From positions 576,001 through 640,000 of the forward strand of contig OZ219858.1 in NCBI GenBank assembly GCA_964291395.2: a stretch of DNA of 64,000 nucleotides, written 5' to 3'. Below the pieces are notes generated by a model. That model did not search any database, had not been told where the DNA came from, and worked only from the letters and a program-made list of their open reading frames with translations. The DNA is from Alphaproteobacteria bacterium. GTDB taxonomy: Bacteria; Pseudomonadota; Alphaproteobacteria; UBA2966. This document shows positions 18,256-27,861 of this stretch, one piece after another; within the stretch, counting starts at the first letter, position 1; each line of letters opens with the position of its first letter. Position numbers and translations under genes: made by a program.

Positions 18256-19495
18256 CTTCGAGGTCCATATCGACCTCGACGGCCGCACCCGGCAGATCGG
18301 GCTGGCGCGAAGCAACCGCGTTCGCGGCAGGGAGACCATCGTCTTCGGGTACGACGGCGCCTGGCTGGAAGACCCTGACAGGTTCTCGCTGGAGCCTGCG
18401 CTTGCGCTGGGACCAGGCGACTTCGCACCGCCCGCCGGCCTCGCGACCTTCGGATCCATCGGCGATTCGGCGCCCGACAGCTGGGGCCGCCGGCTGATGC
18501 AGCGCGCCGAGCGCCGCCTCGCGGAACGCGAAGGCCGCGCCGTTCGCACGCTCCTGGAGAGCGATTATCTCCTTGGCGTGATGGACGAGACCCGGCTGGG
18601 CGCGCTGCGCTTCCGTCGGGCTGGGGACAACGCGTTCCAGGCTCCGCCTCGCGCGGGCGTGCCGGCCCTGATCGAGCTTGGCCGCCTGCTCCGGATCACG
18701 GAGCGGATTCTCCGCGGCGAGGAAACCGACGAAGATCTCCGGCTCATCTTCGCGCCCGGCTCCTCCCTGGGCGGCGCGCGCCCGAAGGCGTCGGTGGTGG
18801 ACCGGCACGGCCGCCTCTCGATCGCCAAGTTTCCGAAGGAGACCGACGACTACTGCATGGAAACCTGGGAGGAGATTGCGTTGCGCCTGGCCGGCCAGGC
18901 CGGGATCGCCACGCCCACGCACGAGCTGATCGACGTCGCCGGCAAGAAGGTCATGCTGTCACGGCGCTTCGATCGCCGGGGCGCGATCCGCATTCCGTTC
19001 CTGTCGGCGATGGCGATGATGGGCGCGAAAGACGGCGAGCGCGGGAGCTACCCCGAGATCGTCGATGCTCTCGCGGAACATGGCGCCCGGGGAAAGACGG
19101 ACGCCCATGCCCTTTATCGGCGCGTCGTCTTCAGCGTGCTGATCTCCAATGTCGACGATCACCTGCGCAACCACGGCTTCCTGTGGCTCGGCAGGACGGG
19201 ATGGTCGCTCTCTCCCGCCTACGACCTCAATCCCGTACCCGCGGACCTCGAGCCGCGGGTCCTGACGACCAACATCGATCTCGACGAAGGCACCTGTTCG
19301 CTCGATCTGCTGGAGGCCGCCTCCGGGTTCTTCGCGCTGACGCTGGCGCAGGCCCGCTCGGTCATCGAGGAAGTCGCGACCGTGACCGCGACCTGGCGCG
19401 ACACCGCGAAAGCGGTCGGCGCGCGCGCTGCCGAGATCGACCGCATGGCCAGTGCCTTCGAGCACGACGACCTGAAGCGGGCACTGGCCCTGTGA
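18248..19495 (+). CDS. hipA: HipA-family serine/threonine kinase toxin
   Basis: DSAPDSWG, SLGGARPKA, NVDDHLRNHGF, LSPAYDLNP; appears intact. Confidence 0.93.
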   Translation: MADFEVHIDLDGRTRQIGLARSNRVRGRETIVFGYDGAWLEDPDRFSLEPALALGPGDFAPPAGLATFGSIGDSAPDSWGRRLMQRAERRLAEREGRAVRTLLESDYLLGVMDETRLGALRFRRAGDNAFQAPPRAGVPALIELGRLLRITERILRGEETDEDLRLIFAPGSSLGGARPKASVVDRHGRLSIAKFPKETDDYCMETWEEIALRLAGQAGIATPTHELIDVAGKKVMLSRRFDRRGAIRIPFLSAMAMMGAKDGERGSYPEIVDALAEHGARGKTDAHALYRRVVFSVLISNVDDHLRNHGFLWLGRTGWSLSPAYDLNPVPADLEPRVLTTNIDLDEGTCSLDLLEAASGFFALTLAQARSVIEEVATVTATWRDTAKAVGARAAEIDRMASAFEHDDLKRALAL

Positions 19496-19785
19496 CGAGG
19501 TGCTGCCTTCGGGCTTGGACCCGCCAGCGGACGGCGCCGTTGCCGCCGGCCGGGCCGGCGGCCGGACGCCGTCCGATCCGACTTCCGCCGACGTTCGGTT
19601 CGAACGATTTTCCTTATAATTCGATATCAATATCCTGTAGGTTTCAAGACACTTGGAACCAGTATTTGTGCTTTGCACTCCGGATCGCCACGGCGCGCTG
19701 ATGTGCACGCTTGTATGCGGAGTCGCTTCGACATAGATATGTTTGCGTTTTGTACTCGTCCGGCAAGAGGCCTCAAAGCCACGGC

Positions 19786-20967
19786 ATGCTCAACGACAGG
19801 CTCGATATCCTGGGCGACGGGCCCTTCCGGAAGCTGGCGATGCTCATCGGGCAGGTGGCGCCGGCCGCCAACCTGCCGCCCATCAACCTGTCCATCGGCG
19901 AGCCGCAATGGGGCTGCCCGGAATTCGTGGGCGACGTGATCGAAGCGCACCGCCACCTCTACGGAAGGTACCCGCCTCCCCGGGGCACCCGCGATTACCG
20001 GGAAGCGGCCACGGCGTGGTTGAACCGGAGATACGGCCTGCGACCGGGCCTGCTCGATCCCGACCGGCACATCGTCCCGGTGTCGGGAACCAAGGAAGGG
20101 ATGTTCACCCTGGCGCAGGTCGCGATCCCGCATTCCGCGGGCCCGGCTCCCGTCGCTTTGCTGCCCAATCCGTACTACCACACCTATGCGGGCGCGGTGG
20201 TGTCGGCGGGCGCCGAACCCGCATTCGTCCCCGCGACGCGGAAGACCGGCTTTCTTCCCGACTTTGCGGCGCTCGACGAGGAGACGCTCGAGCGGGCGGC
20301 GCTGTGCATCGTCTGCTCTCCGGCAAACCCGCAGGGCGCCGTGGCGGATGCGGAATACCTTCGCCGTCTCATCGCCCTCGCGCGCGAGCACGACTTCATC
20401 CTCCTGGCCGACGAATGTTACGCCGAGATCTACACGGATGTCCCTCCGACGGGCGCGCTCGAGGTGTGCGCGACCGACGGCGCGCTCGACAACGTCGTCG
20501 TGTTCCACTCGCTCTCGAAACGGTCCAGCGCACCGGGTCTGCGGGCCGGCTTCGCCGCCGGAGACCCCGACGTGCTGGACCGCTATATGAGATTGCGATC
20601 CTACGGCGCCGCCGTCGTTCCCCTTCCCCTGGACGCGGCCGCGGCCGCGCTGTGGCGGGACGAAGCCCACGTGAAGGAGATTCGGGAAGGCTATCGCAAA
20701 CAGTTCGATGCCGCGGAGACGATCGTCGGCGGGAGACTGGGCTTCTATCGGCCGGCCGGCGGTTTCTTCCTTTGGCTGGAAGTCGACGACAGCGTCTCGG
20801 CCGCGGAGGCGTTGTGGCGCGACGCCGCCGTGAAGCTCCTGCCCGGAGAGTTTCTGGCGCGAGCGGTCGACGGCGAGAACCCGGGCGCGAACTATATCCG
20901 GGTCCCTCTCGTTCACGAATTGGGAACCACGACCGAAGCGCTCGAGCGCATCGTCGGTACCCTGTAG
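19786..20967 (+). CDS. PLP-dependent class I/II aminotransferase (DapC-like)
   Basis: INLSIGEP, SPANPQG, DECYAEIY, HSLSKRSSAPGLRAG. Confidence 0.88.
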   Translation: MLNDRLDILGDGPFRKLAMLIGQVAPAANLPPINLSIGEPQWGCPEFVGDVIEAHRHLYGRYPPPRGTRDYREAATAWLNRRYGLRPGLLDPDRHIVPVSGTKEGMFTLAQVAIPHSAGPAPVALLPNPYYHTYAGAVVSAGAEPAFVPATRKTGFLPDFAALDEETLERAALCIVCSPANPQGAVADAEYLRRLIALAREHDFILLADECYAEIYTDVPPTGALEVCATDGALDNVVVFHSLSKRSSAPGLRAGFAAGDPDVLDRYMRLRSYGAAVVPLPLDAAAAALWRDEAHVKEIREGYRKQFDAAETIVGGRLGFYRPAGGFFLWLEVDDSVSAAEALWRDAAVKLLPGEFLARAVDGENPGANYIRVPLVHELGTTTEALERIVGTL

Positions 20968-20983
20968 CCGCCGGAATTCGATC

Positions 20984-23386
20984 ATGACGCAAACTTCCAA
21001 CGCGCACGGCAAAGCCCCGATCCTCCCTCGGGGACTGAGCGGTTTTGTCAGGCGTCGCGCCGTGGAAACCCTCGGCCTGGGTGTGTTGATCGTCGCGGTC
21101 GGCTTCGCGTTGTCGTTGCTCAGCTACGCGCCCGGAGATCCGAATTTCAACCACGCGACGGGAAGAGCCCCCGGGAACCTTCTCGGTCTTCCCGGCGCCT
21201 ACGTGGCTGAATTCTCGCTGCAGACGTTCGGCGCCACGGCCGGTTTGCTGACGCTGGTCCTGCTCTCCTGGTCGTGGCGGCTGGTCTCCGATCGCCACGT
21301 TCCCCGGTTCTGGCTTCGTCTGACCCTGCTGCCCGTCGTCCTGATCTCCGCCGCGGTCGCGGCCGCCAACGTCGAGCCGCCGGGAATTTGGCCGCTCTCG
21401 ACGGGTCTGGGCGGGCTGGTCGGAGACCTCCTCGGCGATCGGATCGCGGCGGTCAGCCACGCGCATCTTCCCGCCCTGCCCCTGGTTCTCTACGGGATCG
21501 CCTTCGGACTTCTGGCGCTGCTCTCGCTCGCCTTCACCATGGCCTTGACCATCGGCGAGTGGGGCGCCATGTCACGCCGGGGTGCTCTGATGGCGATGAG
21601 CACGCTGCGCGCGATCAACACCCTCGCACACGCCGGAGAACGGCTCGACGCCCGGCGCCGGTCACGGGAGGCGCGGAACGACCCCCTCAACCGGCGGGAG
21701 CCGGTTCTGGAGCGCGGGGCCGCGAACGTCGCGGGAAACCGGCGGTCCGGAGACGACGATCCGGACGGTCGAGCCGCCGGGCAATCCGTCAAGCCGCCAC
21801 GCCGTGTCCGGAAGCGGATGGCCAAACCCAAATCGGGCAAGCGTGCCGACGTCGAACGCCAGCCGGCGCTGGAACTGATCCCGACGAACGAATACCAGCT
21901 GCCCGCGCTGTCGCTGCTGTCCTCGCCACCCGCGAACAGGTCTTCCCGCACCGTGAGCGACGAAGCGCTCGAACAGAACGCGCGCTTGCTCGAATCCGTT
22001 CTGGAGGAATTCGGAGTCAAAGGGCAGATCAGCGAGGTCCGGCCGGGGCCGGTCGTGACGCTCTATGAGCTCCAACCCGCTCCCGGCACGAAGACCTCGC
22101 GCGTCATCGCCCTTGCCGGCGATATCGCGCGATCGATGAGCGCCGTCTCCGCCCGGATTGCCGTGGTTCAGGGCAAGAACGCGATCGGGATCGAGCTTCC
22201 GAACAGCGATCGGGAGGTCGTTCACCTTCGCGAGCTTCTTTCTTCGGCGGCCTATGAGAGCACTGCGGCGAATTTGACCCTCGCCTTGGGAAAGGACATC
22301 GCCGGCGCCCCGGTGATCGTCGATCTGGCGCGCATGCCGCATCTGCTGGTTGCGGGCACGACCGGCTCCGGCAAATCGGTCGGGATCAACTCGATGATCC
22401 TGTCGTTGCTGTATCGCCTCCCTCCGGACCGGTGCAAGCTGATCCTGATCGATCCGAAGATGCTCGAACTCTCCGTTTACGACGACATTCCGCACCTGCT
22501 GACGCCCGTCGTCACGGAACCGGGAAAGGCCGTCATCGCCCTGAAATGGGCCGTGCGCGAGATGGAGAACCGTTATCAGGCCATGTCCCAACTCGGGGTT
22601 CGGAATGTCACGGGTTACAACCAGCGCCTGGCGGAGGCCGCCGCCAAGGGCGATCGGATCAAACGCACCGTGCAAACCGGCTTCGATGCCGAAAGCGGCG
22701 AGCCCGTGTTCGAGGATCAGGAGTTCGACCTCCGGCCGTTCCCGTACGTCGTCATCGTGGTCGACGAGATGGCCGATCTCATGCTGGTGGCGGGGAAGGA
22801 GATCGAAGGGGCCATCCGCCGTTTGGCGCAGATGGCGCGGGCCGCCGGAATCCACCTGATCATGGCCACCCAGCGGCCCTCGGTGGACGTCATCACCGGA
22901 ACGATCAAGGCGAACTTCCCCTCGCGGATCAGCTTCCAGGTCACCTCGAGGATCGACAGCCGGACGATCCTCGACGAACAGGGCGCGGAGCAACTGCTGG
23001 GCGCCGGCGACATGCTCTACCAGGCGAGCGGCGGCCGCGTGCAGCGGGTGCACGGTCCCTATGTCTCCGACCGGGAGGTCGAGAAAGTTGCCGCGGCGTT
23101 GAAGAAGCAGGGCAGTCCCGAGTACCTCGACGCGGTGACGGAGGACGTGGAAGCGGACTTCGGGTCCGTGGAGAGCGCGAGCGGTGACGAGCTCTACGAC
23201 CAGGCGGTGGCGCTGGTGATGCGGGAACGCCGCGCTTCCACCAGCTTCATCCAGCGCCATTTGCAAATCGGCTACAACCGGGCGGCGCGCATCGTCGAGC
23301 AGATGGAGGCGCAAGGCATCGTGTCGCCGGCGGATCGGGTGGGCAAACGTGAAGTTTTGCTGCCCGACGGCGGCGGTTTCGAATAG
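20984..23386 (+). CDS. ftsK: DNA translocase FtsK
   Basis: N-terminal 4TM domain, PHLLVAGTTGSGKS, ATQRPSVDVITG, gamma domain IGYNRAARI. Confidence 0.97.
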   Translation: MTQTSNAHGKAPILPRGLSGFVRRRAVETLGLGVLIVAVGFALSLLSYAPGDPNFNHATGRAPGNLLGLPGAYVAEFSLQTFGATAGLLTLVLLSWSWRLVSDRHVPRFWLRLTLLPVVLISAAVAAANVEPPGIWPLSTGLGGLVGDLLGDRIAAVSHAHLPALPLVLYGIAFGLLALLSLAFTMALTIGEWGAMSRRGALMAMSTLRAINTLAHAGERLDARRRSREARNDPLNRREPVLERGAANVAGNRRSGDDDPDGRAAGQSVKPPRRVRKRMAKPKSGKRADVERQPALELIPTNEYQLPALSLLSSPPANRSSRTVSDEALEQNARLLESVLEEFGVKGQISEVRPGPVVTLYELQPAPGTKTSRVIALAGDIARSMSAVSARIAVVQGKNAIGIELPNSDREVVHLRELLSSAAYESTAANLTLALGKDIAGAPVIVDLARMPHLLVAGTTGSGKSVGINSMILSLLYRLPPDRCKLILIDPKMLELSVYDDIPHLLTPVVTEPGKAVIALKWAVREMENRYQAMSQLGVRNVTGYNQRLAEAAAKGDRIKRTVQTGFDAESGEPVFEDQEFDLRPFPYVVIVVDEMADLMLVAGKEIEGAIRRLAQMARAAGIHLIMATQRPSVDVITGTIKANFPSRISFQVTSRIDSRTILDEQGAEQLLGAGDMLYQASGGRVQRVHGPYVSDREVEKVAAALKKQGSPEYLDAVTEDVEADFGSVESASGDELYDQAVALVMRERRASTSFIQRHLQIGYNRAARIVEQMEAQGIVSPADRVGKREVLLPDGGGFE

Positions 23387-23433
23387 TCTTGGCTCTCACG
23401 ACGAACTTCTCTCTGCCGCTCGGAACCCGGTCG

Positions 23434-24069
23434 ATGGCCGCGAGACTCTGCCTGTCCCTTGCCTTTGCCGTGCTGGCCGCCGCCTTTTTATTGCGCGACG
23501 CCGCGGCTGCGGAGCTCTCGTCCCGGGACCGGCAGGACATCCGCCGGATCGAAGCGTATCTCAACGGCATTCGTACGCTCTCCGCGGACTTCATCCAGGT
23601 CGCTCCGGACGGTTCCATCAGTCGCGGGCGCTTCTATCTCAAACGCCCCGGCCGCCTGCGCTTCGAGTACGAGCCGCCCGCACCCGTCCTGGTCGTCGCT
23701 GACGGCACCTACGTGAACTACTTCGACGTCGAACTGGGTCAGCTCAGCCAGATCGGGGTTTATTCCACCCCGCTCGGCGCGGTCGTCGCCAGGGAAGTCA
23801 CGCTGAGCGGCAGGATCGAGGTCACGTCCGTCGAGCGCGGTTCCGCGGTCATCTCGCTCGAGACCGTCGACACCGAGGAACCGGGCCGCGGAACGCTGAC
23901 ACTGATATTCAGCGAGCGTCCTCTCGAGATCAGGAAATGGGAGGTAAACGACGCCCGGGGACTGACGACCACGATCGCCCTGGACAACGTGTCGATCAAT
24001 CCTGACCTCGATCCGGAGCTGTTCGTCTTTCGACAACCTGGTGCCGAGGACGTTTCGGGCGGCGGTTGA
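23434..24069 (+). CDS. lolA: Outer-membrane lipoprotein carrier LolA
   Basis: Signal peptide, ADFIQ, KRPGRLRFEY, VVADG; follows ftsK. Confidence 0.9.
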   Translation: MAARLCLSLAFAVLAAAFLLRDAAAAELSSRDRQDIRRIEAYLNGIRTLSADFIQVAPDGSISRGRFYLKRPGRLRFEYEPPAPVLVVADGTYVNYFDVELGQLSQIGVYSTPLGAVVAREVTLSGRIEVTSVERGSAVISLETVDTEEPGRGTLTLIFSERPLEIRKWEVNDARGLTTTIALDNVSINPDLDPELFVFRQPGAEDVSGGG

Positions 24070-24130
24070 CGGCGAAGGGACAGCGCTTCGAAAAGGGGTT
24101 CCCGCGTTTCTTCACCATCCCCCCAGGGCG

Positions 24131-24201
24131 CAATGCATGGGTATCCAGCAGCACCGGCAACGCTACCGCCCCTCCCACGCCTCCAGTTCCTCCTCGGGCA
24201 G
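24131..24201 (-). pseudogene. Scrap of a Phd-type antitoxin / VapC (PIN) gene junction
   Basis: LPEEELEAWEGR* followed 2 bp later by TTG-PVLLDTHAL (PIN N-terminal motif). Confidence 0.7.
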
Positions 24202-24300
24202 ACGGTCGCGCTGGAAGGGCTGCAGGAGGCGCTCCGACAGCGAAGGGCGAGCCCGGCCGGGATCGCCCGGCACGCGGAGCGCGGCGGCGTCGCCACGGTG
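24196..24300 (+). pseudogene. C-terminal scrap of AbiEi-family (type IV TA) antitoxin
   Basis: GQTVALEGLQEALRQRRASPAGIARHAERGGVATV resembles AbiEi C-termini as I recall them. Confidence 0.65.
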
Positions 24301-24384
24301 TTCTGATTTCGGTTATCTGAGCATGGCGTAGTCGTGTTCGAGGGCGCCGACTATTGAGCCAGTCGGCGTGATTGCAGGTGAGCG

Positions 24385-24924
24385 TTATCGGCCGGGTTCA
24401 TCCGGCTGGAAATGCCGGACCCTGGGGAGCAGGTCCGGGCTCGGACGGCCGTCGACGGTCGCGGCCCAGCCGATGACGTCCGGGCGCCGGCCGAATAACG
24501 CGAAGACCTCCCCGTCCCTGTCGGGGCCGGGCTGGAGGCCGCCGTCGACGCGCCATCCGTGGGCCGCGCCGAGTTTCAGCGCCGCCGAAGGCGCGGCGAT
24601 GCCGTCGGCATGCTCCCGATGCCGCCGGGCGGCTTGCCGGCATGCCGGCCAGGTGTCCGGTCCACCGGTCAGTGTTTCGCGGGGCAGGTCCGGCCGATGC
24701 GACGGGGTTTCGCCGATGTCGACCGCCCAGAGGGCGCGGCGGACGGTGGAAAGATCCTGCGGGTCGCGGATCTCCTCGTGTCGAAGAAACTCCGCCCACG
24801 CGCCGTCCGGCGTGTCGCAGAAGTAGTGGGTCAGCTCGCCCGGCGCGTTCCACCGGCCGGCGGATTGCGACGAATCCTCCCGCAGAAAGGGAAAGCGGGG
24901 ATCGGCGTGCCGATAGGCGATCAC
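24385..24924 (-). CDS. RES-domain toxin
   Basis: R (AGRWN), E (AWAEF) and S (APSAA) residues present; GTGA overlap with upstream antitoxin. Confidence 0.85.
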   Translation of the reverse strand: MIAYRHADPRFPFLREDSSQSAGRWNAPGELTHYFCDTPDGAWAEFLRHEEIRDPQDLSTVRRALWAVDIGETPSHRPDLPRETLTGGPDTWPACRQAARRHREHADGIAAPSAALKLGAAHGWRVDGGLQPGPDRDGEVFALFGRRPDVIGWAATVDGRPSPDLLPRVRHFQPDEPGR

Positions 24925-25541
24925 GTCGCCGGCGACGACGCCAATGCCCGGGCGAGATCGCGGACCCTTCGGGGGCCGTCGTCTCCCGGCGACCACTCGT
25001 GGCCGAGCGCCTGCGCGGGCGTGTCGCCGTCGAGCCGCTCGCGGGGCCGGTCGAACCAGCGCCGGACCCCGATGTCGTTGTACGCCCCGCCAAGGTCCCC
25101 GACGACGAAGGCGAGAAAGTGGAGCCGGGCGGCGATCGCGTCCGGGGTGGAGCGGTTGCCGGAAATGTAGCGCCGCGCACTGGACTGGGAGATGCCGAGG
25201 AGGCGGGTCAGCAGTTCCACTCCCAGGACGCCCTGCAGGGCGCGCCATTCGTGCGCGGGGGCCGGGGATTGGTCGAGGGCCTCGTTGATCTTCTCCAGGA
25301 GCGCGGAAAGCCGGGCGGCATCGGAGCAGGGCAACCGGTGAAGTTCCGCAAGGAAGCTGCGGCCGATACCGGCTTCGGCCATGCCCGCTTCGAGCCCCTG
25401 AATCGCGGAATCGTCCAGGCAGGTGATAGGACGCAAGAGCAGGCCCATCGCGTCGGCGCGCGTCAGCGCCCCGATCGCCGCGGAGGCGAGCCTCGGGTCG
25501 TCGAACGGACTGCGAACGGACTGGATATGGAGATTCGTCAT
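24921..25541 (-). CDS. Xre/MbcA/ParS-like antitoxin with N-terminal extension
   Basis: HTH LLGISQSSARRY, C-terminal VRRWFDRPRERLDGDTP; TTGACG-N17-CACATT just upstream (leaderless). Confidence 0.82.
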   Translation of the reverse strand: MTNLHIQSVRSPFDDPRLASAAIGALTRADAMGLLLRPITCLDDSAIQGLEAGMAEAGIGRSFLAELHRLPCSDAARLSALLEKINEALDQSPAPAHEWRALQGVLGVELLTRLLGISQSSARRYISGNRSTPDAIAARLHFLAFVVGDLGGAYNDIGVRRWFDRPRERLDGDTPAQALGHEWSPGDDGPRRVRDLARALASSPAT

Positions 25542-25580
25542 GATCCAAATGTGTGCCACGTCTGCGGCCGCGTCAATGCT

Positions 25581-25673
25581 GACTGGACCGGGCCGGTGCG
25601 GATTCCCGACAGAGCGGCCCGCGTTCTGCTGACCGTCATGGATCGAAACCCTGACGCCGTGGTCGAGGCGCTC
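25581..25673 (+). pseudogene. C-terminal scrap of XRE HTH antitoxin (HigA2/MqsA-like)
   Basis: DW...PDRAARVLLTVMDRNPDAVVEAL. Confidence 0.7.
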
Positions 25674-25969
25674 GAATACGAGGCTCGGTCCGCACGGGCG
25701 GACAGGCGATCCGATGTCATGACGTGGATCGCGAACGTGTTTCAGCCCGCGGATTCGAGGTTCACGTCGGAATACGACTGCCGCTTCCGGGCGGGGAGGA
25801 GCGGAGAGCGCGCTCAGGTGATCGTAGTTGGGTGTGAGGCGCTGTTTCACTGAATTGTTCCAGATCGTGGACGCTCGGTGGGCAGGCTTCTTGGCGGGCA
25901 TTGTCGGACCGAGGAAACACCGGGACGTACTAAGGATGGGGTCGGAGGCGGCGAGCGGGCTAGGTCCTT

Positions 25970-26646
25970 CTACGTCAGTCGATACACGGCGCGGAGAAGA
26001 TCAGCCGCCTCATCCCGGGTGAAGGGAACTCCAAAAGCCCTGGGATCGAGAGTTTGGTCGGCGTGAGCCAGGTCGACGAAAGCACGAAGATCCCTGCGGA
26101 CGGGTTCCGGCAGTGCGACCCGAGCATCCTCAGGCAGGAGCTGCGCCAGCCGGAAGACGATGTCCGTCCTTTCGGTTTACGTTTCCATCGGACCGAGCTT
26201 CGAGAACCGCGCGGGCCTTGAACGGAATGAGCAGGGTCTCGTCGATCGTGACGCCGTTCTTTGGTTGGAGCGCCTCGAAATAGGCGTCGTCCAGCAGGAT
26301 CGCCGAGAGGCTGACATGTCTGGCCGGTCGTAGATCGCGTCTTCGGGCAGGTCGAGGTCCAGCAAAGAGCTCGATCATGAAGGGGAAACGGTGGAAGCGA
26401 GAATTCCCTGCGCCCGTCGCTCCGTTCGCGGGCCTGATATCCGCCTGCGTCCAGGAATGCGTGGAAGGCCCGTCCGAACTCGGCGTCCACCACCTCGACG
26501 CAGAGCACCATGTCGATGTCTCTGGTCGCCCTGAAATCGAGGCCGGCTGCGTCGAACAGCAGATCGCAAGCGGTGCCGCCGATGATGGCGTACTGGCCCT
26601 CGTGGGCCGCGAAGTGTTCGCGAAACTTGTCGATTCCGGTTACCAC
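25970..26646 (-). pseudogene. Frameshifted AbiEii-like nucleotidyltransferase (type IV TA toxin)
   Basis: IIGGTAC and RATRDID motifs; later motifs (FPFMIELF, SLSAILLDD, IPFKARA, VFRLAQLL) lie outside the starting frame with short gaps. Confidence 0.8.
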
Positions 26647-27617
26647 GGCATTCCGTCCAACAGTCGTTCCGCCGCCATGGAAACGCGCTCATCGCGGTGA
26701 TCGTGGAACTGCGCGTAGAGCGACAGCGGATCCACGGTCCGCGCGGTGGACAAGGCAGCCGGGTCATATGACCAGGTTTCCACGATATGGGAAGCCCGAT
26801 CCCGGTCGGTTTCGACGAACTCGCCGGCCTGGGCGACCCTCTTCCAATCGGCGGCCGCGACCGCGAGAGCCGGCAGCGGCGGCGGGGAGAGGTCGGTCAG
26901 CTCGGCGAGCGCGCTCTCGCCGGCACGTTTCAGCGGCGGCGCGGCGTGAACGTCCCGGATGAATTTCTCGGTGCGCACGGGGCTGTGCAGCAGGTCGTGG
27001 GCGGCATCGAACAGTTGCCTCCCTTCGGCCTCGAACCGGATGCGCCGCTCTCTGCCGTGTCGTTCGGTCTGGGCCAGCCCGGCACCGACCAGATCGTCGA
27101 ACGCGCGGCCGATCGACATCGCCGAGTAGCGCAACTGAGTCGCTACGAGGGATGGGGTTGTGGCGGTCTCGTCGAGCCGCAGAAGGCGATGGAACAGTAC
27201 CGCTTGAGCCGCCGGCGAGAGGCCGACTGCGCGGCGCGGCTTCGGCGTGCGGAAGCGTTCGCGCAAGTCCATCGCGAGGTCGGGAATGTAGAGCTGTTTG
27301 CCTGGCACGACGAAAGGAACCCGGTGTCCGATGAGGCGCGAGCGGTTGTGCGCGCTCAGCCACGGAGCGACGAAGACGACGATCGCGTCATCGGCGGGGC
27401 GGACCAAGGCGACATGCTTTGCGATGTCGGACGGCGTGGCGGTGTTGTCTGTGGTCGCGAGGAAGATACATCGTCTTCCGACTATGTAGCCTTCGTGGAG
27501 GCTGTACATCCGAGAAAGAAAGGAGGGAAGGCTGGGCGCGCCGTCGAGCGTAGCGACCCTTGCAGGTTCGTGAAGCGTATCTTCGAGATAGCGTTGGAGC
27601 GCGGCGGTGATGGGCAT
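26640..27617 (-). CDS. wHTH-containing AbiEi-like antitoxin/regulator
   Basis: VPFVVPGKQLYIP, wHTH LRYSAMSIGRAFDDL, AGESALAELT, VDPLSLY; overlaps the nucleotidyltransferase start; start may be 27626. Confidence 0.75.
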   Translation of the reverse strand: MPITAALQRYLEDTLHEPARVATLDGAPSLPSFLSRMYSLHEGYIVGRRCIFLATTDNTATPSDIAKHVALVRPADDAIVVFVAPWLSAHNRSRLIGHRVPFVVPGKQLYIPDLAMDLRERFRTPKPRRAVGLSPAAQAVLFHRLLRLDETATTPSLVATQLRYSAMSIGRAFDDLVGAGLAQTERHGRERRIRFEAEGRQLFDAAHDLLHSPVRTEKFIRDVHAAPPLKRAGESALAELTDLSPPPLPALAVAAADWKRVAQAGEFVETDRDRASHIVETWSYDPAALSTARTVDPLSLYAQFHDHRDERVSMAAERLLDGMPW

Positions 27618-27655
27618 TGCCAGCATCTCGCGGTATCTTGCTAACGTCACGACGA

Positions 27656-27684
27656 ATACTAACACTATCAATGTTAGTGTGCAA
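27656..27684 (-). promoter_or_regulatory. Promoter with operator palindrome for the type IV TA-like pair
   Basis: TTGCAC-N17-TAGTAT on minus strand; perfect ACTAACA-N7-TGTTAGT (27658-27678). Confidence 0.7.
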
Positions 27685-27705
27685 GAATATCGTTATGGAT
27701 GTATC

Positions 27706-27861
27706 CGCTCAGGGCGCGATGCCATGCCGGAACTGATGAAGCACGACAACATCCGGCACGACTGGGTGATCCGAAAGCGACGCTTCGTTTCCTTCTTCGA
27801 TCCAAGAGACTACGGCACGACCGCCATCGTGGATCATGACCAAATCGAGGCGATCGAACTG
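27706..27861 (+). pseudogene. Internal scrap resembling a DUF4365(DREN)-APAZ short-Argonaute partner protein
   Basis: SGRDAMPELMKHDNIRHDWVIRKRRFVSFFDPRDYGTTAIVDHDQIEAIE; family match is from recall only. Confidence 0.55.

Noticed and set aside
19500-19780. AT-rich patch after hipA as an ncRNA or att site
   Set aside because: No recognisable RNA family or repeat partner; likely the promoter region of the aminotransferase-ftsK unit
25720-25920. RLTPNYDHLS on the minus strand as a HipA scrap
   Set aside because: Similarity limited to a few residues; cannot be supported
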